NCBI GenBank assembly: GCA_038212175.1 | Contig: JBBQUU010000021.1 | Coordinates: 1,969 to 65,968 of the forward strand | Reading direction: 5' to 3' | Source of the DNA: Opitutales bacterium | GTDB taxonomy: Bacteria > Verrucomicrobiota > Verrucomicrobiia > Opitutales > Opitutaceae | Length of the DNA stretch: 64,000 bases | Shown: positions 9,228-17,537 of the stretch, piece by piece | How positions within the stretch are numbered: the first letter of the stretch is position 1 | How the letters are laid out: every line of letters starts with the position of its first letter | The notes under the pieces: model-generated | The model's database searches: none | What the model was told of the DNA's origin: nothing | What the model saw: the letters and a program-made list of their open reading frames with translations, nothing else | Made by a program: the position numbers and the translations under genes

Positions 9228-10109
9228 TCATGCCCCAAGCAAGAACGCCTTGATCAACGGCACCACTTCGGCGTTCGCATCCGCGAGCACGTAGTGCCCG
9301 GCATCCGCAAGATAGTGAGTCGCCGCCTGCGGCAAACGCCGGCGCCACTCCTCGTAGAAGGAATCGTCGAAGCAAAAATCGCGTCCGCCCCAGACGATCA
9401 GAGACGCGCGATCCCGAAACTGCGCCAGCCCGTCCGCCACACCCTGCAAGGTCGTCCACGTCGGATGATCCACGCCCATGGGAATGTCCTTCACGAACGC
9501 GTTCACCGCCACGCGGTCCGCCCACGACCCGTACGGAAGCAGGAACGCCCGTTTTTCCTCCGCGCTCAGCGAGCGCCGATGCATCGCCATCCTTATGGCC
9601 GGGCCGGCAAATCCGTTGGCACCGCGCACGATTGCCGTGCCGAGGCCGCGGGTCTTGCAGAGCGCGATGCGCGCGGGAATGCGTGACGATGGAAACGCCG
9701 CCGTATTCAAAATCGCAAGACGTCCGATCAGTTCCGGCCGGCGCGCCGCCAGCCCGAAGCCGATCGCCCCACCCCAATCGTGCACGACAAGATGCACCCT
9801 CGTCAGCCCGAGCTTCACGACCAGCGCCTCAAGGTCGTCGATGCGGCTTTTCAGCGTGTAGGGATAATTCTCGGGCTTCTCGGACAACCCCATGCCGATG
9901 TGATCCGGCACAATGCAGCGACGCACCGGCGCGACGGCGGACACAAGCTCCCGGTAATAAAACGACCACGTCGGATTGCCGTGCACCATGACCACCGCTT
10001 CGCTGCCCTCTCCTTCGTCGACGTAGCTCATGGCCGCGCCCCGCGGCGTGACGAACGTGCGCGGGGCAAAGGGATAGAGCGGCCGGAGCCAGTCGGGAAC
10101 GACGGACAT
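9228..10109 (-). CDS. Alpha/beta hydrolase, haloalkane-dehalogenase-like / OleB-like
   Basis: Start taken at MSVVPDWL (ATG 10109, 2 nt after the upstream stop). VMVHGNPTWSFYYRELV, VPDHIGMGLSEKP, HLVVHDWGGAIGFGLA, ILNTAAF. Confidence 0.75.
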   Translation of the reverse strand: MSVVPDWLRPLYPFAPRTFVTPRGAAMSYVDEGEGSEAVVMVHGNPTWSFYYRELVSAVAPVRRCIVPDHIGMGLSEKPENYPYTLKSRIDDLEALVVKLGLTRVHLVVHDWGGAIGFGLAARRPELIGRLAILNTAAFPSSRIPARIALCKTRGLGTAIVRGANGFAGPAIRMAMHRRSLSAEEKRAFLLPYGSWADRVAVNAFVKDIPMGVDHPTWTTLQGVADGLAQFRDRASLIVWGGRDFCFDDSFYEEWRRRLPQAATHYLADAGHYVLADANAEVVPLIKAFLLGA

Positions 10110-10111
10110 GG

Positions 10112-11152
10112 TCACCACTCCAACGCGAGCATGAGGCAATTGAGCCCGCTGCCGATGCCGAGCAACCCCACCTTGTGTCCGGCCGACACCGCGCCCGCGT
10201 CGATGGCCTGCGCGAGCGTGGCCGGCAGCGCAACCGAGCCCGTATTGCCCAGCGTTTCAAACGTCGAGAAATCCTTGGCCAGGTCGAGCCCGAGCGCTTC
10301 GTACAACTTTCGCCGATGCGTACTGCCCACCTGGTGGCAGATGAAGCGGTCGATGGACTGCGCGTCCCATCCGGTGTTCGCCGTGAAGGCGCCCCAGGTG
10401 TCGCGGGCCAGCGCGAGGCCCGCCGTGAGCAGCGCCTCGCTGTCGGTCTGCATCGCGAGCGCATCCGCCCCGTGCGAATCTCCCTGGCACAAATCGCTGT
10501 GCTCCGTCGCCGCCCGCGCAATGCCACCGAGCAGCCGATGCGGCCGCGCTCCCGCCGGAAGCAAATCGCGGTGACAAACCAACGCCGCCACGGCGCCGGA
10601 GCCAATGGTGAGGTTTGCGAAATACGGCTTGATCGCGTTGCGATCCAGCGGCTGCGTCAGAAGCGTTCGCAATGTCTGCTCCACCAAGGGACGCCCATTT
10701 TCACCTGATGAAATCAAGGCGCAGCGAATCTGTCCCGATTCGATCATCCCCGCCGCCAGCGTCAGCGCGTTCAAGAACCCGAGGCACGCGTTGGAGACAT
10801 CGAGAATCTGCGCGGTCGGCGGCAGCCCGATCTTGCGGTGGGCAAACGACGCCGTGGCCGGCTCGAGCATGTCGCGGCAGACGGCGCTATGGATGAACAA
10901 CTCCACCTGTCCGGCCTTTAAACCGGACTTCGCCAGCACCGCGCGCCCGGCCGCCGCGCTTGCGTCCGACGGACGTGTTCCCTCGGGCCAGACGCGCCGT
11001 TCGCGAATCCCGGTCATCAACTCAAGCCGCCCGAACGGCAACCGCAGCCGCTCGTACAGCGGCCGCAACCGTTCCTCGATCTCGGTCGTGCTCAGCACCT
11101 CGTCAGGCAAAGCGACGGCGAGGGATTCGAGGCAGGTGTTTGAAAACTTCAT
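10112..11152 (-). CDS. KAS III-family thiolase, OleA-like
   Basis: Start taken at MKFSNTCL (ATG 11152). LDVSNACLGFLNALTLAAGMIESGQIRCALISSGE, ICHQVGSTHRR, GNTGSVALP, C-terminal LLGIGSGLNCLMLALEW. As I recall OleA sequences, the layout and C-terminus match them better than housekeeping FabH. Confidence 0.7.
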   Translation of the reverse strand: MKFSNTCLESLAVALPDEVLSTTEIEERLRPLYERLRLPFGRLELMTGIRERRVWPEGTRPSDASAAAGRAVLAKSGLKAGQVELFIHSAVCRDMLEPATASFAHRKIGLPPTAQILDVSNACLGFLNALTLAAGMIESGQIRCALISSGENGRPLVEQTLRTLLTQPLDRNAIKPYFANLTIGSGAVAALVCHRDLLPAGARPHRLLGGIARAATEHSDLCQGDSHGADALAMQTDSEALLTAGLALARDTWGAFTANTGWDAQSIDRFICHQVGSTHRRKLYEALGLDLAKDFSTFETLGNTGSVALPATLAQAIDAGAVSAGHKVGLLGIGSGLNCLMLALEW

Positions 11153-11160
11153 CAAGAAAA

Positions 11161-11273
11161 CGCCAAACGTCCAAAACCCAAACGCCAAATAAATCCCAAG
11201 GCAAAGAAACCCCAACAATCGTGGCCGTTCGTCATTTATTTGGCGTTTGGCTCTTTGGCATTTGTGATTTCCC
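11161..11273. repeat. Family-C CCAAACGCCAAA palindromic element (17-bp perfect inverted repeat 11178-11194 / 11234-11250)
   Basis: ccaaacgccaaataaat ... atttatttggcgtttgg separated by 39 nt. A related imperfect palindrome lies at 32866-32963. Confidence 0.8.
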
Positions 11274-12114
11274 GAGCCGCGCTGCGCGGCTCGGGTCTCA
11301 TTGCCAGCCGGACAATGTCCTTGTCGTAGAAATTGCTGCCGAGCCCGGCGTCGACGATCAACGTGGTGCCGTTGAGGCCACTGCTGCGTTCGCTGAGGAG
11401 AAACAGGGCGGTGTCGGCGATCTCCTGCGTCGACAGATTGCGGCGCCGGAAGGTGAGCTTCTCCGTGAAAAGGTAGCTCTCGAGGTAACCGGGAATGCCG
11501 GCGGAGGCACTCGTCTTGAGCGGTCCGGCTCCGACCACATTGAAGCGCACCTCACTGTCCCCACTGAACGATTTCGCGAGGAACCGCGCGGACGATTCGA
11601 GCGCGGCTTTGATCGGTCCCATATAGCCGTAGTTGTCGGGCGTGACGGTGAGCGACGAGATGCCGATCGTCACCACCGAGGCAGTACGGGCGAGATGCGG
11701 TTTGAACGCCCGCGCCACCTCGACCAGCGAAAACGCGGAGATCGCCGTGGCCTGCAGGAAGTCCTTTCGCTTGGTCTCGTGGAACGGCTTGAAACCTTCC
11801 GCGTAGTTCGCAAACGCGATCGAGTGCACGAGCCCGTGCAGCGGTGCGTGTCCCGCGGCGGCGACCTCCGCGGCCAGCCGCTCGACCGCGCCTTCCTCCT
11901 CGACGTCGCACACGAACACCGGCTTTCCCGCGAGTTGCGTCTCGAGCGACTTGCGGCGCGCCTCGGAGCGCACGCTGTAGATCACCTTTGCGCCCTGCTC
12001 CTCGAGCGACTTCGCGACGAACCACGCAACGCTCTTTCGGTTGGCCACCCCGAGAACGAGGAAGGACTTGCCGGTCAGTTGAAGAAAGTCAGGCACAGGA
12101 GGAAGATTGGCCAT
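11236..12114 (-). CDS. fabI: Enoyl-ACP reductase, FabI-like SDR
   Basis: Start at MANLPPV (ATG 12114, ATGA overlap with upstream stop). FLVLGVANRKSVAWFVAKSLEEQGAKV, Y-x6-K motif YGYMGPIKAALESSARFLA. The last ~10 codons (ITNAKEPNAK) lie inside the family-C repeat. Confidence 0.75.
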   Translation of the reverse strand: MANLPPVPDFLQLTGKSFLVLGVANRKSVAWFVAKSLEEQGAKVIYSVRSEARRKSLETQLAGKPVFVCDVEEEGAVERLAAEVAAAGHAPLHGLVHSIAFANYAEGFKPFHETKRKDFLQATAISAFSLVEVARAFKPHLARTASVVTIGISSLTVTPDNYGYMGPIKAALESSARFLAKSFSGDSEVRFNVVGAGPLKTSASAGIPGYLESYLFTEKLTFRRRNLSTQEIADTALFLLSERSSGLNGTTLIVDAGLGSNFYDKDIVRLAMRPEPRSAAREITNAKEPNAK

Positions 12115-12569
12115 CACGCGGTCGGGCTGCCTTCCGGGGTCTTCCACGCCACGGAAAAATCCAGACTGAGCACACGCGTGCCATCCGCCTTCTTGACCGC
12201 TCCGCTCATCATCGTGAAGCCGGCCATCGCGTCCTTTTTCTTCACATCGATCAGGATCTCGTCGCCGGGATAGACGGGATTGCGGAACCGCACGTCGGAA
12301 ATCTTGGCGAGCAACGGCACGCCTTGACCGGGTTTCGCCCCCGCCGCTCGCGCCTGACGCGCGAGGAACAAGGCTCCCGCCTGAAATACGGCCTCGCACA
12401 ACAGAACGCCGGGCGTGATGGGCGCACCGGGATAATGCCCTTTGTAGAAATCTTCGTCGGACCGCCAGACCCGCCGCGCTTGCAAGCCGTCTGCGCTTTC
12501 GGCGACAATGGCGTCGACAAACAGAAACGGAGGTCGGTGGGGAATGAGATCGGTGACGGCGTCTGACAT
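12114..12569 (-). CDS. FabZ/FabA-like hotdog-fold 3-hydroxyacyl-ACP dehydratase
   Basis: 151 aa. LIPHRPPFLFVDAIV...FYKGHYPGAPITPGVLLCEAVFQAG (catalytic His and Glu context). Confidence 0.75.
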   Translation of the reverse strand: MSDAVTDLIPHRPPFLFVDAIVAESADGLQARRVWRSDEDFYKGHYPGAPITPGVLLCEAVFQAGALFLARQARAAGAKPGQGVPLLAKISDVRFRNPVYPGDEILIDVKKKDAMAGFTMMSGAVKKADGTRVLSLDFSVAWKTPEGSPTA

Positions 12570-12714
12570 GGAATCGAAACGAGAAGCCAGCCCCTGCGCC
12601 CGTGCAAGGTTGGAAATGGATTGGCCCGCGCGGATGGAACGCTACGTTGAATGGCATCCGTACGGTCGTTCCCCAGCCGCGACCACCCGTCCACCCCGAT
12701 CCGATCATCTGCCC

Positions 12715-14037
12715 ATGAAATCCACCTTGATTCTATTTTGCAGCCTGCTGGCCCTGATCCCTCTCCGCGCCGCCACCACCGGCACCACCGTGGCCTTTGT
12801 CGACGTCACGGTCCTGCCCATGGATTCCGAGCGAACGCTGTCCAACCAGACCGTGCTCGTCCGGGGCGATCGCATCATCCACGTCGGTCCGGCGACCGGC
12901 GCCTCGATCCCGTCCGACGCGGTGCGCATCGACGGCCGGGGAAAGTTCCTGCTGCCCGGCTTGGGCGAAATGCACGGACACAACCCGCCGCCCGGTTCGT
13001 CCGCGCAGTACATCGCCGACACCTACTTTCTCTTTCTCGCCAACGGCGTGACCACGGTGCGCAGCATGCTCGGCTGGCCCGGGCAACTCGAGTTGCGCGA
13101 TCAGGTGAAAACCGGCGAATTGCTTGGCCCCAACCTCTACCTCGCCGGACCCAGCTTCAGCGGTCAGAGCACGCCCACCCCCTCCGCCGCCGAGCAGCGC
13201 GTGCGCGAACAAAAGGCCGAAGGCTGGGACTTGTTGAAAGTCCACCCGGGCGTGCGTCGCGAGAGCTACGATGCCATGGTCGCCACGGCGCGCGAAGTCG
13301 GCATCGCGTATGCAGGCCACATCCCGTCAGACGTCGGCATCCTGCACGCGATCGCCAAGGGTCAGGAAACGGTCGACCACCTGGATGGCTACATCGAACA
13401 CCTGCAAGGCGACCGCGGCCCGCTCGATCCCGGAGCCCTCACGGAGGCCGTGCGGCTCACGCGTGAAGCGAAGATCGCCGTCGTCCCGACGATGGTGCTC
13501 TGGGAAACGATCATCGGCTCCGGAGACCAGGCGGGCATGCACGCGTTCCCCGAGCTGAAGTACATGCCGAAGGAGGAGATCGAACGCTGGAAGAGCACTT
13601 ACGAACGCCGGATCACGGCGCCGAATTTCGACGCGGCACGCGCCCAGCGTATCGCCGCCAACCGCAAGGTGCTTCTCCGCGCCCTCAACGAAGGCGGTGT
13701 TACCATCCTTTTCGGCACGGATGCGCCGCAACAGTTCAGCGTGCCCGGCTTCTCGATCCACCGCGAAATCTCGGCGATGTCTGAGAGCGGAATGACGCCG
13801 TATCAGATTCTGCACAGCGCCACCAAGGCCGTCGGCGACTACCTGGGCACGAAGGACACCTTTGGCACGGTGACGACCGGTTCTCGCGCCGACCTGATGC
13901 TCGTCGATGCGAATCCGCTCGCCGATCTTGGAGCACTTTCACGTCGCAGCGGCGTCATGATCCGCGGCCGCTGGCTGCCCGAGGCGGAAATCCAGCGCGG
14001 CCTCGCCGAGATCGCCGCCCGCAACGCGGCGAACTGA
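12715..14037 (+). CDS. Secreted amidohydrolase-family protein
   Basis: Start at MKSTLILFCSLLALIPLRAA (signal peptide). LLPGLGEMHGHNPP metal-binding motif; the C-terminal ADLMLVDANPLADL is typical of the family. Confidence 0.8.
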   Translation: MKSTLILFCSLLALIPLRAATTGTTVAFVDVTVLPMDSERTLSNQTVLVRGDRIIHVGPATGASIPSDAVRIDGRGKFLLPGLGEMHGHNPPPGSSAQYIADTYFLFLANGVTTVRSMLGWPGQLELRDQVKTGELLGPNLYLAGPSFSGQSTPTPSAAEQRVREQKAEGWDLLKVHPGVRRESYDAMVATAREVGIAYAGHIPSDVGILHAIAKGQETVDHLDGYIEHLQGDRGPLDPGALTEAVRLTREAKIAVVPTMVLWETIIGSGDQAGMHAFPELKYMPKEEIERWKSTYERRITAPNFDAARAQRIAANRKVLLRALNEGGVTILFGTDAPQQFSVPGFSIHREISAMSESGMTPYQILHSATKAVGDYLGTKDTFGTVTTGSRADLMLVDANPLADLGALSRRSGVMIRGRWLPEAEIQRGLAEIAARNAAN

Positions 14038-14088
14038 CGGTTATTACAGGAGCAGCTCTCCGCGAGCCAAGCCGTCCGCTGGCATTAT

Positions 14089-14285
14089 TGTAGCCGCGGG
14101 CGCCGACCGCGGTCCGTTGGCTGCTGTAGCCGCGGGCGCCGACCGCGGTCCGTTGGCTGTTGTAGCCGCAGGCGCCGACCGCAGTCCGTGCGCAGTTGTA
14201 GCCGCGGGCGCCGACCGCGGTCCGTGGGCAGTTGTAGCTGCGGGCGCTGACCGCGGTCCGTTGCCTGCTGTAGCGGTCCGTGAGC
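14089..14285 (+). repeat. Family-A tandem array, 36-bp period, 5 full + 1 truncated unit
   Basis: tgtagc unit starts at 14089, 14125, 14161, 14197, 14233 and 14269. Unit tgtagccgcgggcgccgaccgcggtccgttggctgc with a few substitutions. There are no unique spacers. Confidence 0.9.
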
Positions 14286-14392
14286 TTCCGTTGTAACCGC
14301 AAGCAAGCCCGCCAAAAGCTGAGGCGGACAAACCCGACCGCGGCTTGCTTGTTGCCTTGCTGCGGTGATTCCCCACACGCGCCAGGCCGCTC

Positions 14393-16177
14393 CTACCGGA
14401 TCCGCGCGGCGAATTCGGCCATTTCGCGGTCAAGCTGCCGCCCTGGCTCGACGGCGAGGACGGCTCGCGCGCGCTCCATCGCCCTTCGCGCCTCGCCGGT
14501 CTCACCGCGCGCCATGAGGTGTTTCACGAAGGGCGCCACGACCCGGTCAAAATACTCCATGCCCGCGCCTCGGCCGTACTGATCGAGATTGAGGTTGTAC
14601 ACGCGCACCTGCTCCGACAACGGCGCCGACTTCACCGCCCGCTCCAGCGCCTCCGCCGCCTGCGCGACCGTCAAATCGCTGCGCGAACTTTCGTACTTTC
14701 GTGCGAGCATGCGCTCCTCCTGCTCCGCCGCGCTGATCGCTCCCCGTTCGCGCAGCGCCCCGGCGACGCGCTTCAAAAAGCTGACGTTGAGATCTGGATA
14801 CCGCTGAAACGCCAGCGCGGCCTCGCGCAACACTCCTTCCCGCGCGCGCGGTTCGTCCCCTTCCCGGGCATGGATCGCCAGCAACAGTTCCCACGCCGCG
14901 AGATGCCGACGCTCGATGTTCACCGCCTTGCGCGCCGCCGCCTTGGCTTCGTCCAGCCGGCCCAGCAGCAAATACTCCTCCGCCATCCAGCGATGTTGCC
15001 GCGACTGGCGATAGGTGGGCAAACGGCGAAACCCCTCGGCCAGAAACGAAATCTCGTGGTCGCTGATGTTGGCCCAGGTCTGCGGATCGAACGCATATCC
15101 GGACACATACCGTTGCTCCGCATGCCGCCCGGCATCCATTTCCCAGCGCTCACCGGCCCCGAGGTATCCGAACCAGGCATGGCGTCCGTCCATCCCCGCC
15201 CCGCGAAAGATCAGCGTCGGCACACCTCGCGCCTTGCCGGCCTGGGTGGCGAAGTAGGCCTGATCCACACAGATCCCTCCTTCGGCGTAAATCGCGGGCA
15301 GCGTGTACGCCCGGCCCGGCCACGACGTGAGATTCGCATCGACGCGGTCCTGACGGTACCGCACCGCGTCGTAGGTGGCGCCAAACTGCTCCAAGGGAAA
15401 CTTCACCGATTGCCGCGCCCACACGAGTTCGGGCAGCGGTGCGGGTGAATCGACGAGGAACTTGAGTTCGCCCACCGAAAGTCGGTGAAGGCGATGCGGC
15501 ATCTCGCCGCGTTCGTCTCCTTGCGACCAATACGCAAACGCCGTTTCCGCCGGCAGCAGCGTACGCGCCAACACATGGGGACCGACTTGGGCGTGCGGCC
15601 AGTGGGGCGGAGGAGGCACATCGTGAACCAAGGCCAGCGCCAGCGCCAGCGACGCATAACGCTCAAACCGCCGCGGGTCGGCGCGATGAAGGCGGTCGAG
15701 CAGCTTCAACGCGGCCGGAAGATAATCCACCGGCGCGAGCGTCTCGAAAAACATTCTCGAGAAATCACGATGCGCGAACAACCAGGCGCCCAATTGCGGA
15801 TTGATCAACGCGCTGAGCGGCGCATCGGGCGGAGTGTAGCGCTCTTCCATGTTCGGATGACCCACCCGCGCCGCATTGACGGCGTCGATCCAACGCGAGA
15901 CGAACGAACGTTGATTCTCTCCCAGCAGCCGGGCCCAGCGGGACACCAGCAGCCAGGCCTCCGCCGAGTCCATGCGATTCGCCGCGTAGGCATCCAGCGC
16001 CGCCGTGCGCGCCCCGGCCTCCACCACACCCCAGCCCGCCCCTGTCACGACCTCCGAAATCTCGCCGAGGCGTGCAGCCGTGGGCGGCGCCAGGGCTTCC
16101 TCCAAGGGAATGCTCCATTCCGCCGCACGCGCGGCCAGCATCCCGGCGATAAAAATAAACCAGCCCCGAAGCACCAT
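14393..16177 (-). CDS. Secreted transglutaminase-like cysteine-protease-domain protein with C-terminal TPR-like repeats
   Basis: Start taken at MVLRGWFIFIAGMLAARAAEW (ATG 16177). Core GGICVDQAYFATQAGKARGVPTLIFRGAGMDGRHAWFGYL...WEMDAG (Cys-His-Asp). Helical repeat tail. Confidence 0.7.
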   Translation of the reverse strand: MVLRGWFIFIAGMLAARAAEWSIPLEEALAPPTAARLGEISEVVTGAGWGVVEAGARTAALDAYAANRMDSAEAWLLVSRWARLLGENQRSFVSRWIDAVNAARVGHPNMEERYTPPDAPLSALINPQLGAWLFAHRDFSRMFFETLAPVDYLPAALKLLDRLHRADPRRFERYASLALALALVHDVPPPPHWPHAQVGPHVLARTLLPAETAFAYWSQGDERGEMPHRLHRLSVGELKFLVDSPAPLPELVWARQSVKFPLEQFGATYDAVRYRQDRVDANLTSWPGRAYTLPAIYAEGGICVDQAYFATQAGKARGVPTLIFRGAGMDGRHAWFGYLGAGERWEMDAGRHAEQRYVSGYAFDPQTWANISDHEISFLAEGFRRLPTYRQSRQHRWMAEEYLLLGRLDEAKAAARKAVNIERRHLAAWELLLAIHAREGDEPRAREGVLREAALAFQRYPDLNVSFLKRVAGALRERGAISAAEQEERMLARKYESSRSDLTVAQAAEALERAVKSAPLSEQVRVYNLNLDQYGRGAGMEYFDRVVAPFVKHLMARGETGEARRAMERARAVLAVEPGRQLDREMAEFAARIR

Positions 16178-16349
16178 GGTGCAAGCCAACGCAAACCGGG
16201 CGCGATGGCAACGCTGCGGGCCACGCCGCGGCACTTTCACGAAGCTGTGACTTCGCCGGGGCCGCAACGGTGCGCGCTCTTGTTGCGGGCTTGCGCTGCC
16301 GATGCCGGTCGCAACCCTGCTTTTAAGTCCGATGCCATCGCACCGCCTC

Positions 16350-16636
16350 TCCACCGAACGCGACCTCGCCCACTGGCTGCGGCTGCGCGCCGGAAGTTGC
16401 ACGATCACGGTGCCGCCGCGCCCGGGGCCACCACCCGGCAGATTTACTTCGGCAGTCACCATGGCCTGGGCACTTTGTACTGGGAGAACGCGAAGGGCCT
16501 CGAACGTCTCGCCGCCTTTTACGCCGCCCGAAGCGACGGCGAGGCACGCGCGGCGGCGCAGGCTGCCGGACTCACCCACATCCTTTTTCTGTCGTGGGAC
16601 GCCTTTGAGATTCCGCTGATCAAACTCCTCCGTAAC
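16350..16636 (+). pseudogene. Orphan coding-like fragment on plus strand (unknown family)
   Basis: Frame of the 15485..16918 ORF reads IYFGSHHGLGTLYWENAKGLERLAAFYAARSDGEARAAAQAAGLTHILFLSWDAFEIPLIKLL, which is far more protein-like than the overlapping minus frame. No start or N-terminal part is present. Confidence 0.3.
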
Positions 16637-17396
16637 GACACGGATCAAAAGCCACGTCGCCTCGACGACATTGCCGTAGTCGAACACCAACGGAGTCGGC
16701 CAAAGACTGAAGCCGAGGTAGCGGATCACGGCCTCGAACTGCGTCAGCCAAAAACCAAGCCACGAGACGCCGAGGTCGAAGCCCATGGTGTCGCCCCGAT
16801 TCCCTCCGGCGCCCAACACCAGCCAAAGCAACGGCACCCACGAGAGCGCCAAAGGCGTAGAGCGACGCAAGAAACCAAAGCCCCATCAACGACTCCGCGC
16901 GCTGCACGACATAGGTGACCGACTCGGTCTGCAAGGGATGCAGCGCCCAGATCAAGGCGATCACCAACGCAAGAACGTCCGCCTTGTCGCCGAAACGGAC
17001 TTTCCAGCCGGGAAGCGCCAGCGTGCACCGGACCAGTCCGTAGAGGGCCAAGGCCGCCAGCAGGTGAATCGTTAGGTTGAGAACGTGATAGCTCCAGACG
17101 TCCAGGCCGCTGATGGCGTAGTTGATCGCCAACGACAGATTGAGCCGCGGTCGCCCGCTGACGGTCAGGCCCCAGCCGGCCGGCGGCGCGAGCGCGTCCC
17201 CCGGCGGCCACAGGTGTCGGATCGTCGGGTTATCCACGATCGACGCAACGTCATCGAAGACAAACGGCACCGAGAACGAGTTGGCGTAGGCCGCCGCGAT
17301 CGCACCGATGATGATGAGCGGCGCCCACGGTCGCAAGGGGTGGCGTGCTCTGCGCACCATCGGACGGCCAGGATCGTTCGATTGCTCAGGGGCCAC
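16620..17396 (-). pseudogene. Decayed TMTC/PMT_2-like membrane glycosyltransferase (N-terminal ~170 aa; a later piece continues in another frame at ~16640-16870)
   Basis: The N-terminus has family-typical motifs: YANSFSVPFVFDDVASIVDNPTIRHL, VWSYHVLNLTIHLLAALALY, ALHPLQTESVTYVVQRAESLMGL. Near 16870 the frame becomes Arg-rich. The frame of ORF 14393..16870 then gives WLTQFEAVIRYLGFSLWPTPLVFDYG, a motif that normally lies ~150 aa further on. Confidence 0.5.
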
Positions 17397-17537
17397 GGCC
17401 AGGGCTGCGTTGGAGTTGGAGGGCGTTCGCGAGGTTCTCCTGCACGAGCTGGTCGGAGGGATTTTGCCGCAGCACCTCGCGTCGCTACGCGCGTTAACAG
17501 CGCGGGTGCCCCAAGGGCTTCAGTAGTTATTATTCCA

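Noticed and set aside
14089-14285. A 36-bp-period array that could be mistaken for a CRISPR array near 14.1 kb (and the similar one at 8850-8945).
   Set aside because: The whole 36-bp unit repeats. There are no unique spacers between conserved repeats, and the same unit occurs singly and inverted elsewhere. This is REP/BIME-like behaviour, not CRISPR.
14393-16870. The full 825-aa version of the transglutaminase-TPR ORF.
   Set aside because: The first 231 codons begin at a TTG and run through the remnant of the neighbouring TMTC-like gene and Arg-rich sequence. A signal-peptide start, MVLRGWFIFIAGMLAARAAEW at 16177, is far more plausible.
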